Shown here one piece after another: positions 1-10,868 of a DNA stretch of 64,000 bases (within the stretch, counting starts at the first letter, position 1; every line of letters begins with the position of its first letter). The DNA is from Candidatus Dormiibacterota bacterium (GTDB lineage: Bacteria > Chloroflexota > Dormibacteria > Aeolococcales > Aeolococcaceae). The notes beneath the pieces were generated by a model, which did not search any database, was not told the DNA's origin, and was given only the letters and a program-made list of their open reading frames with translations. Made by a program: the position numbers and the translations under genes. Where the stretch lies: positions 224,001 to 288,000 of the forward strand of contig CAVPXI010000006.1 of the NCBI GenBank assembly GCA_963709585.1. Reading direction: 5' to 3'.

Positions 1-68
1 CCGGTGACGTGCAGGAATCCGGAGCCGAGTGACTCCCCGAGGGAGTGGTCTGGCAGCGCGTCGCTCAT
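1..68 (-). CDS. Possible 5' end of a gene running off the window (MSDALPDHSLGESLGSGFLHVT...)
   Basis: ATG at 68 preceded by AGAGGT-like RBS; frame open to the window edge; too short to assign. Confidence 0.3.
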   Translation of the reverse strand, partial: MSDALPDHSLGESLGSGFLHVT

Positions 69-183
69 GGAGATACCTCTGAAGCCGGATTCGCAGTTCG
101 AATCTACTCAGCGCCGCTCCATGCCAGTCCGGGTGTCGGCGGGTTGTAGCCGATCGTTGATCGAGTCATCGCGACTGTCAGAT

Positions 184-221
184 AAAGAAAAGAGCGGCCC
201 GGGAATCCCGGACCGCCCTTT
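184..221 (-). terminator. Intrinsic terminator after groEL
   Basis: Minus strand AGGGCGGTCCGGGA-TTC-CCGGGCCGCTCT hairpin followed by TTTCTTT, about 20 nt after the groEL stop. Confidence 0.8.
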
Positions 222-243
222 CAGGAATCGGATCAGTTGCCGA

Positions 244-1854
<1,611 letters not shown>

Positions 1855-1900
1855 GGTTCCTCCTGGTTTGATCCTCTAGCCTAGGGTTCCAGGAGCTAGT

Positions 1901-1950
1901 TTAGCACTCGGGTGGTCTGACTGCTAGCGGGTGGCAGGGGGGAGTGCTAA
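1901..1950. promoter_or_regulatory. CIRCE (HrcA operator), apparently two overlapping copies
   Basis: TTAGCACTC-N9-GACTGCTAG at 1901-1927 and CTAGCGGGT-N9-GAGTGCTAA at 1924-1950, upstream of groEL. Confidence 0.88.
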
Positions 1951-1960
1951 ACGACGGCCG

Positions 1961-1990
1961 CCGGATCGCACCACCGCTGGTGCGATCCGG
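1961..1990 (-). terminator. Perfect 13-bp hairpin downstream of the peptide gene (terminator or mRNA stabiliser)
   Basis: CCGGATCGCACCA-CCGC-TGGTGCGATCCGG; no U-tract. Confidence 0.6.
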
Positions 1991-2019
1991 AAGGGCCGCC
2001 CATTCCCTTCGGAACTCGG

Positions 2020-2208
2020 TCAGCGACCGGGGTTCTTGACGTGGCCTTCGGTGTCGTCCTCGTCAGGCGTCGCCCGAGGGAAAACCGAGGGCTGCTCGTC
2101 GGGGTCGGCGCTCCTGTTTGGGTACTTGTGTCCGGAGGTGTCCTCTTCGTCGGTCTCGTTGATCCGGACCCCCGGGGCTTCCTGCTCGTCTGCCTTGTCC
2201 GTGCTCAT
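2020..2208 (-). CDS. 62-aa acidic peptide with two DE(E/D)DT(S/E)GH repeats; putative precursor peptide
   Basis: AGGAG RBS 7 nt before ATG; internal duplication DEQ...DEEDTSGH-KYPNR / DEQ...DEDDTEGH-VKNPGR; downstream hairpin. Confidence 0.75.
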   Translation of the reverse strand: MSTDKADEQEAPGVRINETDEEDTSGHKYPNRSADPDEQPSVFPRATPDEDDTEGHVKNPGR

Positions 2209-2304
2209 TGCCTGTCTCCTGTGGCGGCTGGGCCGCTGCTGTTGTGTTGCCCACATTCTGCGGAATCGAGATGGGGGAGTCAGTCGTCCACCTGACAGCT
2301 TCCG

Positions 2305-2320
2305 TGTCGGCGATCTGACA
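2305..2320. promoter_or_regulatory. Crp/CooA-type box TGTCG-N6-TGACA upstream of the peptide gene
   Basis: TGTCG-GCGATC-TGACA; identical arms recur at 4702-4717; adjacent Crp-family gene. Confidence 0.6.
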
Positions 2321-2361
2321 CGGCGGGGCAGCGACGACAGCGCAGGGAGGAGCCGGCGAGA

Positions 2362-3057
2362 TCAGTCGTGCTGGCCTGCTCTCCGTTGCAGCAGTTCCGG
2401 CTTCCGGATCACGATGCGCCGGCCGTCCAGCTCGACATATCCCAGCCGCTCAAAGGCGTTGAGGACCTGGTTGACGCTCTGCCGCGAACCGCCAACCATG
2501 TTGGCGAGGTCCGACTGAGTCAGATGCAGGTCCAGCGCCCGCCCCCCCGGTACGGGGGTGCCGCGCTCGTCCGCGAGGCGGAGCAGCAGTTTCGCGACGC
2601 GACCGTGCAGGTCCAGGAAGACCAAGTCGGCGGCTTGGTCGGTGAGCCGGCGCACCATCGTTCCCAGCGACCGCAGGAGACGGTCGACCAGCTCGGGCGA
2701 ACCCCGAAGCGCTTCCAGCAACGCAGTTCGACTGATCAGCAACACTGTGGTGGCCTCGACCGCCGCGGCCGATGCCGACCTCAGACCGCCATCGACCGTG
2801 GGCAGCTCACCGAACACCGATGACGGTTCCAGGGTCACGAGCAGCATCTCGTCGCCGTCGGGCGAGCTCCGGTAGACCTTCACGAGGCCGGTGACGACAA
2901 CACACAGTGCGTCACCGGCGTCGTCCTCACGGAAGATGACCTCTCCGCGCGCATACGACCGCCGGACCGCTCTCTCGGCAAGCCGCTCCACGGCGTCCGG
3001 CGGAAGCGTCCCAAAGAGGGAGGTGTTCTGCAGGAGCGCCTCATCGCCGCTGGTCAT
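2362..3057 (-). CDS. Crp/Fnr-family transcriptional regulator
   Basis: cNMP pocket FGELPTVDGGLRSASA; HTH LTQSDLANMVGGSRQSVNQ; GGAGG RBS. Confidence 0.95.
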   Translation of the reverse strand: MTSGDEALLQNTSLFGTLPPDAVERLAERAVRRSYARGEVIFREDDAGDALCVVVTGLVKVYRSSPDGDEMLLVTLEPSSVFGELPTVDGGLRSASAAAVEATTVLLISRTALLEALRGSPELVDRLLRSLGTMVRRLTDQAADLVFLDLHGRVAKLLLRLADERGTPVPGGRALDLHLTQSDLANMVGGSRQSVNQVLNAFERLGYVELDGRRIVIRKPELLQRRAGQHD

Positions 3058-3133
3058 TCGACGTGCCTCCCTGGGCGTCACGTTTACAGGCGCGCTCCGA
3101 CGGCGCCGGCGAATTGTAGAGTGCCGGAACACC

Positions 3134-3883
3134 ATGGGTGATCGCGATTCGACGAGAGACGTGCTGGCAGATCTGACACAGCTCGCGGCCGACCTCGGCC
3201 CGGTGCTCCGCCCCCGCCGCGACGAGGAGTTTCTGCAGGCAATCGTCGAAACCGCGCGCCTCGTCTTCGACGCAGCGGCCTGCTCGATCGCGCTCTTCGA
3301 CGAGCGCGAGGAGGAACTCGAGTTCCGTGTCGCCGCTGGGAGTGGCGCCGAGGCGACCATCGGCCTGCGTATCCCCGCAGATCGCGGGATCGCGGGCTGG
3401 GCGCTCATGTCCGGACAGTCGATCGCCGTCGACGACGTCCGCCAGGATCCCCGCTTCGCCGCGGATGTCGCCGAGCGCACCGGCTACGTGCCCAACGCGA
3501 TCATGGCCATGCCGCTGGAGAGCGATCGTCAGACCTTCGGCGTTATCGAGGTGCTCGACCGTCAGCGGGGTGGCGGCGAAGGCGTCGACGACATGGAGTT
3601 GCTCGCCTTGTTCGCCCGACAAGCGACCCTTGCGGTCGAGACATCGCGGATCTTCTCGGGCCTCGGACAGGCGATCCTCGAGTCGGCCGCGCTCGCGACC
3701 CAGCGAGACGACCTTCGCCTCGCCCTTGAGCAGCGAGCCGCTCAGGCACCGCGACCCCAGGCGGAGCTTGCCGAACTCGCGCTGCTCTTTCACGATCTCG
3801 GCGTCCTCGGGCCCGAGGAACGGCGTGTCGCAGCCCGCATTGCAGACGACTTTCTCGCATACGCACGCAAGCAGCGCCGGTGA
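3134..3883 (+). CDS. GAF domain protein
   Basis: AACSIALFD...GIAGW...VDDVRQDPRF...MAMPL...GVIEVLDR; stop overlaps the S8 start (GTGA). Confidence 0.9.
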   Translation: MGDRDSTRDVLADLTQLAADLGPVLRPRRDEEFLQAIVETARLVFDAAACSIALFDEREEELEFRVAAGSGAEATIGLRIPADRGIAGWALMSGQSIAVDDVRQDPRFAADVAERTGYVPNAIMAMPLESDRQTFGVIEVLDRQRGGGEGVDDMELLALFARQATLAVETSRIFSGLGQAILESAALATQRDDLRLALEQRAAQAPRPQAELAELALLFHDLGVLGPEERRVAARIADDFLAYARKQRR

Positions 3884-4686
3884 AGCCGGCCTGGGCGTGG
3901 CAGTTCGACCCGGCGACCCTGCAGCGAGTGCGGGCGTCGCTCCCATCGGCGATCTCACGTGAGTGGGCGTGGGAGGGGAGCACCGGGGCAGGCGTCAAGG
4001 TGGCGGTCATTGACAGCGGGATCGATGCTGCTTATCCCGGAGTCGGGCCCCTCGCCGGTGGTGCGGTCGTCGTTGCCGATGCCGACGCGCCGCGAGGCGC
4101 TCGTGTTATCGAGGGGCCGCACGAGGATCTCTTCGGCCACGGCACGGCGTGTGCCGCGATCATTCGCCAGGCCGCGCCTGATGCCGAGCTGTACAGCATC
4201 AGGGTCCTTGGCGAACGGCTGACGGGACGCGGCATCGTGTTCGCCGAGGGCATGCGCTGGGCGCTCGCTGAAGGCATGCAGGTGCTCAACATGAGTCTGA
4301 GCACGTCGCGCGCAGACTACTTCGGGGTGTTCCACGAGATCGCCGACGACGCCTATTTCCAGGGAGCGATGGTCGTGTGCGCCGTCAACAACGTCCGCGC
4401 GCCAAGCTATCCGTCGCAGTACGCGTCGGTGTTTTCCGTCGCCGCTCACGAGGGACGGGATCCATTTCGCCTCGACTACAACCTCTCGCCACCGGTTGAA
4501 TTCGGAGCGCCTGGGATCGACCTCGAGGTCGGCTGGCTCGGCGGGAGGACCATTCGCGCGACCGGCAACAGCTTCGCGGCGCCGCACATCGCCGGATTGA
4601 TCGCTCGCATCCTCGGCAAGCATCCGGCGCTGACTCCGTTTCAGATGAAGACGGTCCTGATGGCGCTGGCGGACAACGCCTCGTAG
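3880..4686 (+). CDS. S8 (subtilisin-like) serine peptidase, no signal peptide
   Basis: Triad motifs VAVIDSG, GHGTACA, GNSFAAPHIAG. Confidence 0.95.
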   Translation: MKPAWAWQFDPATLQRVRASLPSAISREWAWEGSTGAGVKVAVIDSGIDAAYPGVGPLAGGAVVVADADAPRGARVIEGPHEDLFGHGTACAAIIRQAAPDAELYSIRVLGERLTGRGIVFAEGMRWALAEGMQVLNMSLSTSRADYFGVFHEIADDAYFQGAMVVCAVNNVRAPSYPSQYASVFSVAAHEGRDPFRLDYNLSPPVEFGAPGIDLEVGWLGGRTIRATGNSFAAPHIAGLIARILGKHPALTPFQMKTVLMALADNAS

Positions 4687-4701
4687 TCCGCGTCTGCCGC
4701 T

Positions 4702-4717
4702 TGTCGCTCTGCTGACA
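4702..4717. promoter_or_regulatory. Second TGTCG-N6-TGACA box, upstream of the cNMP-binding gene
   Basis: TGTCG-CTCTGC-TGACA in a 57-nt intergenic gap. Confidence 0.6.
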
Positions 4718-4743
4718 GACATTGCACCCCCGTTTCGCTGACA

Positions 4744-5178
4744 ATGCGAGACATGACTGACAAGAAAACGCTGGTCAACCTGCTGAGTCGCAATCAACTC
4801 TTCGACGAGCTGAACAAGAAGGATGTCCTCGCGCTGATCAACTCGGCGAAGGAAGTTGACCACCGCGAGGGTCAGATGATCGTGGTCGAGGGGCATCCCG
4901 GAGTCGGTTTTCATCTGCTTCTTCAGGGCACCGCGATCGTGAGCAGAAATGGCCGAAAGCTCCGGACGCTGGGGCCTGGCGAGACGTTCGGCGATATCGC
5001 GGTCATCGACGGAGGACCTCGCAGTGCGTCGGTGCAAGCAGCGACCGCGCTCCGCACCCTGTCTCTGCCGCCATGGGAGTTCAAACCTCTGCTCCTGGAG
5101 CACCCGCGGATCGCCTACAGGCTGCTCGTCAAGCTCTGCACGCTGCTCCGAGAGGCCGAGAAGCGGCCGCCGCTCTAG
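4744..5178 (+). CDS. Stand-alone cyclic nucleotide-binding protein
   Basis: GQMIVVEG, LGPGETFGDIAVIDGGPRSASV. Confidence 0.9.
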   Translation: MRDMTDKKTLVNLLSRNQLFDELNKKDVLALINSAKEVDHREGQMIVVEGHPGVGFHLLLQGTAIVSRNGRKLRTLGPGETFGDIAVIDGGPRSASVQAATALRTLSLPPWEFKPLLLEHPRIAYRLLVKLCTLLREAEKRPPL

Positions 5179-5190
5179 TCGCCTCGGGGC

Positions 5191-5217
5191 TGTGAACGCG
5201 GGGCTGATGCGTTCACA
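5191..5217. terminator. Hairpin between convergent genes
   Basis: TGTGAACGC-N9-GCGTTCACA between stops at 5178 and 5220. Confidence 0.45.
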
Positions 5218-5219
5218 CG

Positions 5220-8200
5220 TCAGGCACGCGCTTGTTGAGCCTCGGCCGCCGCTCCGGCGTCGAGCATGAGGGCGTCAACACGTTCGATCCACGGCGCGGC
5301 GGCGAGTTCGACGAATGACGTCCGCGCGGGTACGAACAACGCTTCGGCCTCGCCGCGCCGGCCACGATGCACGAGTGTGTCGCCGAGTTCCAATCGTGAG
5401 ACGGCGACCCAGAACGGCATCTGCCGCTGCTGAAACGCTGCGATCGCAGCGAGCGATTCTCGCATCGCGTCCTCTTCACGTCCCTCGAGCTCATCGAGGC
5501 GCGCGCGGAACCGCAGGATATGGGCATGCACGATCGGCCACACCGCGAGCGGGAAGCGTTCGGTTACCGCCTCGAGTAGCCGGCGTACCATCTTGAGGTC
5601 GCCCACGGCGAAAGCGGCTTCCACCGCCTCGACGATCGCCCAGCGCGAACCGTCGACAAAGTCCGAGGCGCCGCTGAAACGCTTTACGACGTCACCCATC
5701 AGCGCAAGGGCTTCACCGCTGCGCCCTTGCGCGCGGAGAATCGCGGAGCTCGCGGCGTCATGCGAGAGTTGATACTCGGGTCCCGCTCGCGCGCAGATGT
5801 CGGCCAAACGCTCGACGAGCCTGCGCGCATCGGGCTCCTCCCCGCGCCACACGTGGGGCCACGCCGCGAAGACCAGCTCGGCTCCGAGCAGCAAGTCCAC
5901 CACCACCACTTCTTTGGCAAGCAAGTCGGCCACCACGCCGCTGGCTTCATCCCAACGACCGAGGTCCACCAGCACGGGTATCCGCCCGATGAGAAATTGG
6001 ATCTCGTCTCGACGCAGTCCCATCAACCGTGCGAGGTCGAGCGCTGCGGCGGTGTATTCTGCCGCGCGCGCGGGTTCGAAACCCTGTAAAGAGGCAGCCA
6101 GGTTGTTATACGCACGCAACGCCGCTCCGTGAAGATCCGACGCAAGAGCCTGGTCGAGCGCACACGTCAGCAGGGCACGCGCCTCCTCGTGCCGTCCGCG
6201 ACCGCCGAGGATGAGTTCCTTGGTATTGACCGCCTGGCAGAACACCTGCGCATGTCCGTGTCGCTCGGCGAAGTCCAGGGCAAGTTCGACCCGCTCCATG
6301 GCGACGACGCCGCTGCGGCCGGACAGAACCATCCGGCGCGCGACCTCCGCCGCGACCACCGCCAGGTCCTCCTCGTGGTTGGCATCGCCAAACTCCACCG
6401 CGCTGAGCTCAACGAACGCGCGCTCCATCCGATCCGCGGCTTGGTCACGCTTCAATTCGTGAGCATCGATTTCGGCCAGGGTGATCGATGTCCGAGCAGC
6501 CGCGCCGAGACGACCGGCCGCCGCGTGCAGCGCAACCGCCTCGTCGAGATGCCGCCTGGCCTTTTGTGCATGGACCTGCTGCCACGCCATCTGTCCGGCG
6601 CGAGCGTGCAGCGTGGCCAGGTCAGCGGCGTCAGCGAGCTCAAGCGCACGTTCGTAGTAGTGCTCGGCGGACGCGGCGGCAGCGAGCGATGCTGCATGGT
6701 CGCCTGCTCGCACCAGCGCATCACGTGCACGCTGGCGGAGTCCCCCTGCGTCGAGGGCATCAACGTCAGCCTCGAACGCCTCGAGGAGGTGCGAGGCGAT
6801 GACTTCGGCAACTCCTTCCTCCTCGCTCCACGCGCTCTCCAGGTATGCGGCCGCGCTCAGGTGGCGCACCTTGCGATCGCGTCGGGACAGTGTCCCGTAC
6901 GCGACGCTCCGCACCAGGTCTTGCACAAAGACATACTGGCCGCGCTCGGGTGATCTCGGGTCCGACTGGATGGCAAGCAGATCTTTGCTGACCAGCGTGG
7001 CGAGGCCCGGCTCGACTGTGTCCGTCGCGAGCGCCGTGACCGCCCGCAGCCCTGCGGCGGTAAAGGATTTGCCGAGGACCGCCGCATCCTGCAACAGCTG
7101 ACGCTCGGCACCACCGATGCTGTCCAGCCGTGCGGCGATCAGAGCGTGGAGGGTCTCGGGGACCTCCAGCGAGTTCGAGCGATCCCTCGACGTGGAACGT
7201 GCCGCCCCTCGCGACGAGGAGGCCGCGGTCCATCAGCATCCGCACCGTTTCGACTGCGTAGAGAGGCACGCCCGCGGCGCGCTCGAGAATGCGCGCGCTC
7301 AGGTCGTCGGGAAGGCCTGGTGCCATGCCGGCCAGCAGCTGCGACATGGCCTCAGGCGGAAGCGGATCCAGAGAGAGCGAGGTGGACCCTCGCTTGCCCG
7401 TGCCCCAACCTGAACGACGATCGGCCATCTCCGGGCGCGCCAGCGTGATCACAAGGATCGGGGAGTTGCGCGACCACTCGAGGAGGTATTCGATGAAGTC
7501 AAGCAGACCGCTATCGGCCCATTGCAGATCCTCGAACACAAGGACGGTGAGGTTCTCTGCAGCGAGGCGCTCGAAGAAGAAGCGCCACGCCGCGTAGAGA
7601 TCGCGCGGATCCGTGGCGACGCGCTCCTCGAGACCGACGAGGTGCGCGAGGCGGGGTTCCACCCACCGCCGCTCCTCACCCGGCTCGACGAATTCCTCGA
7701 CGGTACGCCGCAACTTCTCACGCGCCAACTCCGGTGGCTCGTTGTCGAGAATGCCGGCACGCATACGCACCATCTCGCTCAGCGCCCAGTAGGCGACACC
7801 ATCTCCGTAGGCGAGACAGCGCCCGCGATGCCACCAGATGGGTTCCGTGACCCCGTCGACGTACTTGAAGAACTCCCAACCGAGGCGCGACTTCCCGACG
7901 CCGGCAAGGCCGACGATCGAGAGCAGGCGCGCCGTGCGCTCCTCGCCGGTCGCGTGCAGGAACTCCTTGATCAGTCGCAACTCCCGGTCGCGTCCGACGA
8001 ACGGCGGTTCCAGTCCGGTCGGGCGGAGCGCCCCTCCGGCCGCCGCAACGACGCGTTGCGCTCGCCACAGACGCTCCGGTTCAGGCTTTCCCTTGAGCTC
8101 GTGCACCCCAGTGTCCTCGTAAGCGATCGCGGCTTCCGTGGCGACGCGAGTCCCGTCACCGACATAGACAGCTCCGGGCTCAGCCGCTGCCTGCACGCGA

Positions 8201-8799
8201 GATGCAGTGTTGATGAGGTCGCCGGCGACCATCCCCTCGCCTCTCACTCCGACGCTGACCGCGACTTCGCCGGTCATCAGCCCCGCTCGGGCCTGCAGAC
8301 CGGCCGCACCGACCTCGTCGCCAAATGCGACGACGGCATCGACCAGCTCGAGCGCTGCGCGCACCGCTCGCTCGGCGTCGTTTTCTTGACTGGTGGGCAC
8401 GCCCCACACGGCCATGACAGCGTCGCCGATGAACTTTTCAACCTGGCCACCGTAGCGAGCGATGATCGTGCGCGCGGTGTCGAAGTAGCGACTCAGGAGT
8501 TCGCGGACGTCCTCAGCGTCGCGCTGCTGAGAGAGTGGTGTGAATCCCACCAGGTCGGCAAACAGCACGGTCACATGGCGGCGTTCGGTGAGACGCGCCG
8601 GCTCGATATGGGCTGGCGCAGATGAGGGGCTCGTCCGCGAGGGTTCCGCCGACAGCTGTGCGCCGCACCCGCCGCAAAAACGCTCGTCCTCGTCGTTCGG
8701 CGCCCCGCAGGCGGGGCAAGGCCGGTCCAGAGAGGAGCCACATTGGCCGCAAAAGCGCCGGCCCGCCCGGTTTGCGGAACCGCAGGCGGTGCAGGTCAT
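5220..8799 (-). CDS. Double zinc-ribbon / class III adenylate cyclase / STAND AAA ATPase / TPR protein; apparent +1 frameshift at about 7173, probably a sequencing error
   Basis: Four CxxC; FADLVGFT, EKFIGDAV, GDLINTASR; GLAGVGKS, VFEDLQWAD; removing one base gives SLDSLEVPETLHALIAARLD, continuing into ORF 5220-7094. Confidence 0.9.
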
Positions 8800-8947
8800 C
8801 CGGGCAAGACTACTCGCCGCTGAGTAGGGTTGACGCTCGAGCCAGGCGAAGGCCGGGACCTTCAGCGATCCGGGGGGCGGGTCGAACTCAAGGTGAGCCC
8901 CGGTTACCTATGATGCACCGCGTCGACAGTGGAGTTGGGAGAACGCC

Positions 8948-9373
8948 ATGACAAGTCGGAGCGCGCAGGTCAACTTGCTCAGCGGGGTCGCGCTCTTCGC
9001 CGGGCTGACCAAGAAGGAGGCCGGGTTCGTGCTCCAATTCATGCGCGATCATGACTATCCGGCTGGGAAGGTCATTGTCGAAGAGGGCGAGATGGGTGGC
9101 CGTTTCTTTCTCATCGTCTCGGGCACCGCAGTGGTAACGCGACGCGGACGTCGTATTCGCAGACTGGGTCCTGGCGATTCGTTCGGAGACATCGCGCTCA
9201 TCGATGGAGGTCCACGATCAGCGACGGTGGCGGCGGAAACACCCGTCAGTACGTTGTCGCTGGCAGTCTGGAATTTCAAGGCAACGCTGCTCGAGAGTCC
9301 GAGCATCACCTACAAGCTGCTGCTGGCCCTTTGCAGAAGACTGCGTGATGCGGAGTCGCGCGCGCCGATCTGA
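8948..9373 (+). CDS. Second stand-alone cyclic nucleotide-binding protein
   Basis: LGPGDSFGDIALIDGGPRSATV; paralogue of 4744-5178. Confidence 0.9.
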   Translation: MTSRSAQVNLLSGVALFAGLTKKEAGFVLQFMRDHDYPAGKVIVEEGEMGGRFFLIVSGTAVVTRRGRRIRRLGPGDSFGDIALIDGGPRSATVAAETPVSTLSLAVWNFKATLLESPSITYKLLLALCRRLRDAESRAPI

Positions 9374-9383
9374 CCCCCGAGCG

Positions 9384-10658
9384 TCAGGCCACGTCCTGAT
9401 GCCCGACACTCGCGTCGGCGACATTCCCTTCGATGGCGACAACGCGGTCCAGCACGCCCTGACGCAACCCATCGAGCCCGTTACGCACGTCGCCGGTTGC
9501 AGTCGCGATAGAAGTGAGCTTGGACTTCATACCGGCGATCGCATTGAGCTGCGAGCGAATGCCCTCGAGGTCGCGACGAACCGCCGCGGCATCGACAACG
9601 TCCGCATGATCCCTGACCGCGACGAGCGCCAGGGCGCGAGCGAGACGCACGGCGGCCGTGAACGCCGTGTCGTCCGGATCGTCCGGATCGAGTTCGCAGA
9701 TGATGTGCTCGCCGTGCAGCGTGAACGGCGCGCATCCTGCCGGAGAGTTGCCCGCGCGATACACGGCCACAGCCACCACCGCATCGCGATTGCGCCGGGT
9801 CTCATCGAGATCGCGGCAGAGCTTGGCCAGCCCGACCCGACCGCTCTTGGCCTCGACCGCAACGCGGACGGGAAGGCCGCGCGTCCACGAGGGATCAAGC
9901 GTGATCAGAAAGTCGCCTTTGCGACTGCGTACGCTGTTGCCGACAGCGGTCCCGGTCGGCTCGACAAGATCACCGGTCCCGCGCAGCAGCGTGTCGAGAC
10001 GAGCCTCGACGGCATCCTCGAAGTCCAGCCCCTTGGCGGTGCCCTTCTCCCGCTCGTCTGAGCGCGCGTCGCGTGCGGCCTCGAGGCGAATCAGGCGATC
10101 GCTGACGTCCTTCAGCATCTCGCGCATCTCGCCGCGAAATCCATGCAGTGGACTGGCCGCGAGACGCGGATCGAGCATCCGGCTGATGATCGCGCCGTCG
10201 CCGTCGAAATAGCCGGACAGCAACGTGCGCATGCGGCCGATCGCGCTGTCGCGCCGCTCCTCGTCGAAGAGATCGTCGACCAGGCGGCGCAAGGTGCCGT
10301 TCTCGCCGAGGAATTGGTCAAGCGTCCTTGGGAGCTTCCCATCCTTGGCGGCGAACGTCTCGCGCAGTGCGACGTCCAGGGCCGCGGCCGCTCTGTCATG
10401 CGACTCGTCGGTGCGATGCATGAGCCGCTCGAACTCGCGTGCGACGAAGTCGACGTTGAGCGTGACGCCGGCATTGCGCAGCGCGATGAGGCCGACCTTG
10501 AGCCCGCGCTCTACCACCGCCGGCCGATCAACCTCGGGGTGATCGCCGACGTACGCCGCCAATTCGGCGTCGTAGAGGGAAAGACCCGTGACGGCGATGT
10601 GGTCTCCCTCGACGCGAACGTCGCATCCAAGGGTGATGGGTTCTACCTTCCTGAGCAT
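9384..10658 (-). CDS. Coiled-coil protein with a PD-(D/E)XK-like (RmuC-like) nuclease region
   Basis: KGLDFE...KGDFLI...VAVEAK pattern flanked by helical segments. Confidence 0.6.
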   Translation of the reverse strand: MLRKVEPITLGCDVRVEGDHIAVTGLSLYDAELAAYVGDHPEVDRPAVVERGLKVGLIALRNAGVTLNVDFVAREFERLMHRTDESHDRAAAALDVALRETFAAKDGKLPRTLDQFLGENGTLRRLVDDLFDEERRDSAIGRMRTLLSGYFDGDGAIISRMLDPRLAASPLHGFRGEMREMLKDVSDRLIRLEAARDARSDEREKGTAKGLDFEDAVEARLDTLLRGTGDLVEPTGTAVGNSVRSRKGDFLITLDPSWTRGLPVRVAVEAKSGRVGLAKLCRDLDETRRNRDAVVAVAVYRAGNSPAGCAPFTLHGEHIICELDPDDPDDTAFTAAVRLARALALVAVRDHADVVDAAAVRRDLEGIRSQLNAIAGMKSKLTSIATATGDVRNGLDGLRQGVLDRVVAIEGNVADASVGHQDVA

Positions 10659-10849
10659 CGCTCTTCCTCACTTCTCTACCCCGCCACGGATCTCCGGCTG
10701 TGAGCGTCGGGTACCCCGGCGACAGGTGCCTGTCGCGTCAACCGCGCTCAGCGAGGACGTGCGCGCGCTGTCCGGGTCGGCCAATCAGGATCGCCACATG
10801 ATGGGGCAGGTCACCCCACGAGGGAGCAAACCGCCTCTGTGGGGTACGA

Positions 10850-10868
10850 TACAATCGTGTCATGACAC
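10850..10868 (+). promoter_or_regulatory. Leaderless -10 (TACAAT) and palindromic operator GTGTCATGACAC over the start codon
   Basis: TACAAT 10850-10855, ATG 10862, palindrome 10857-10868. Confidence 0.5.

Noticed and set aside
5191-5217. TGTGA...TCACA as a Crp site
   Set aside because: The spacer is 17 nt rather than 6 and it lies between convergent stops; better read as a hairpin.
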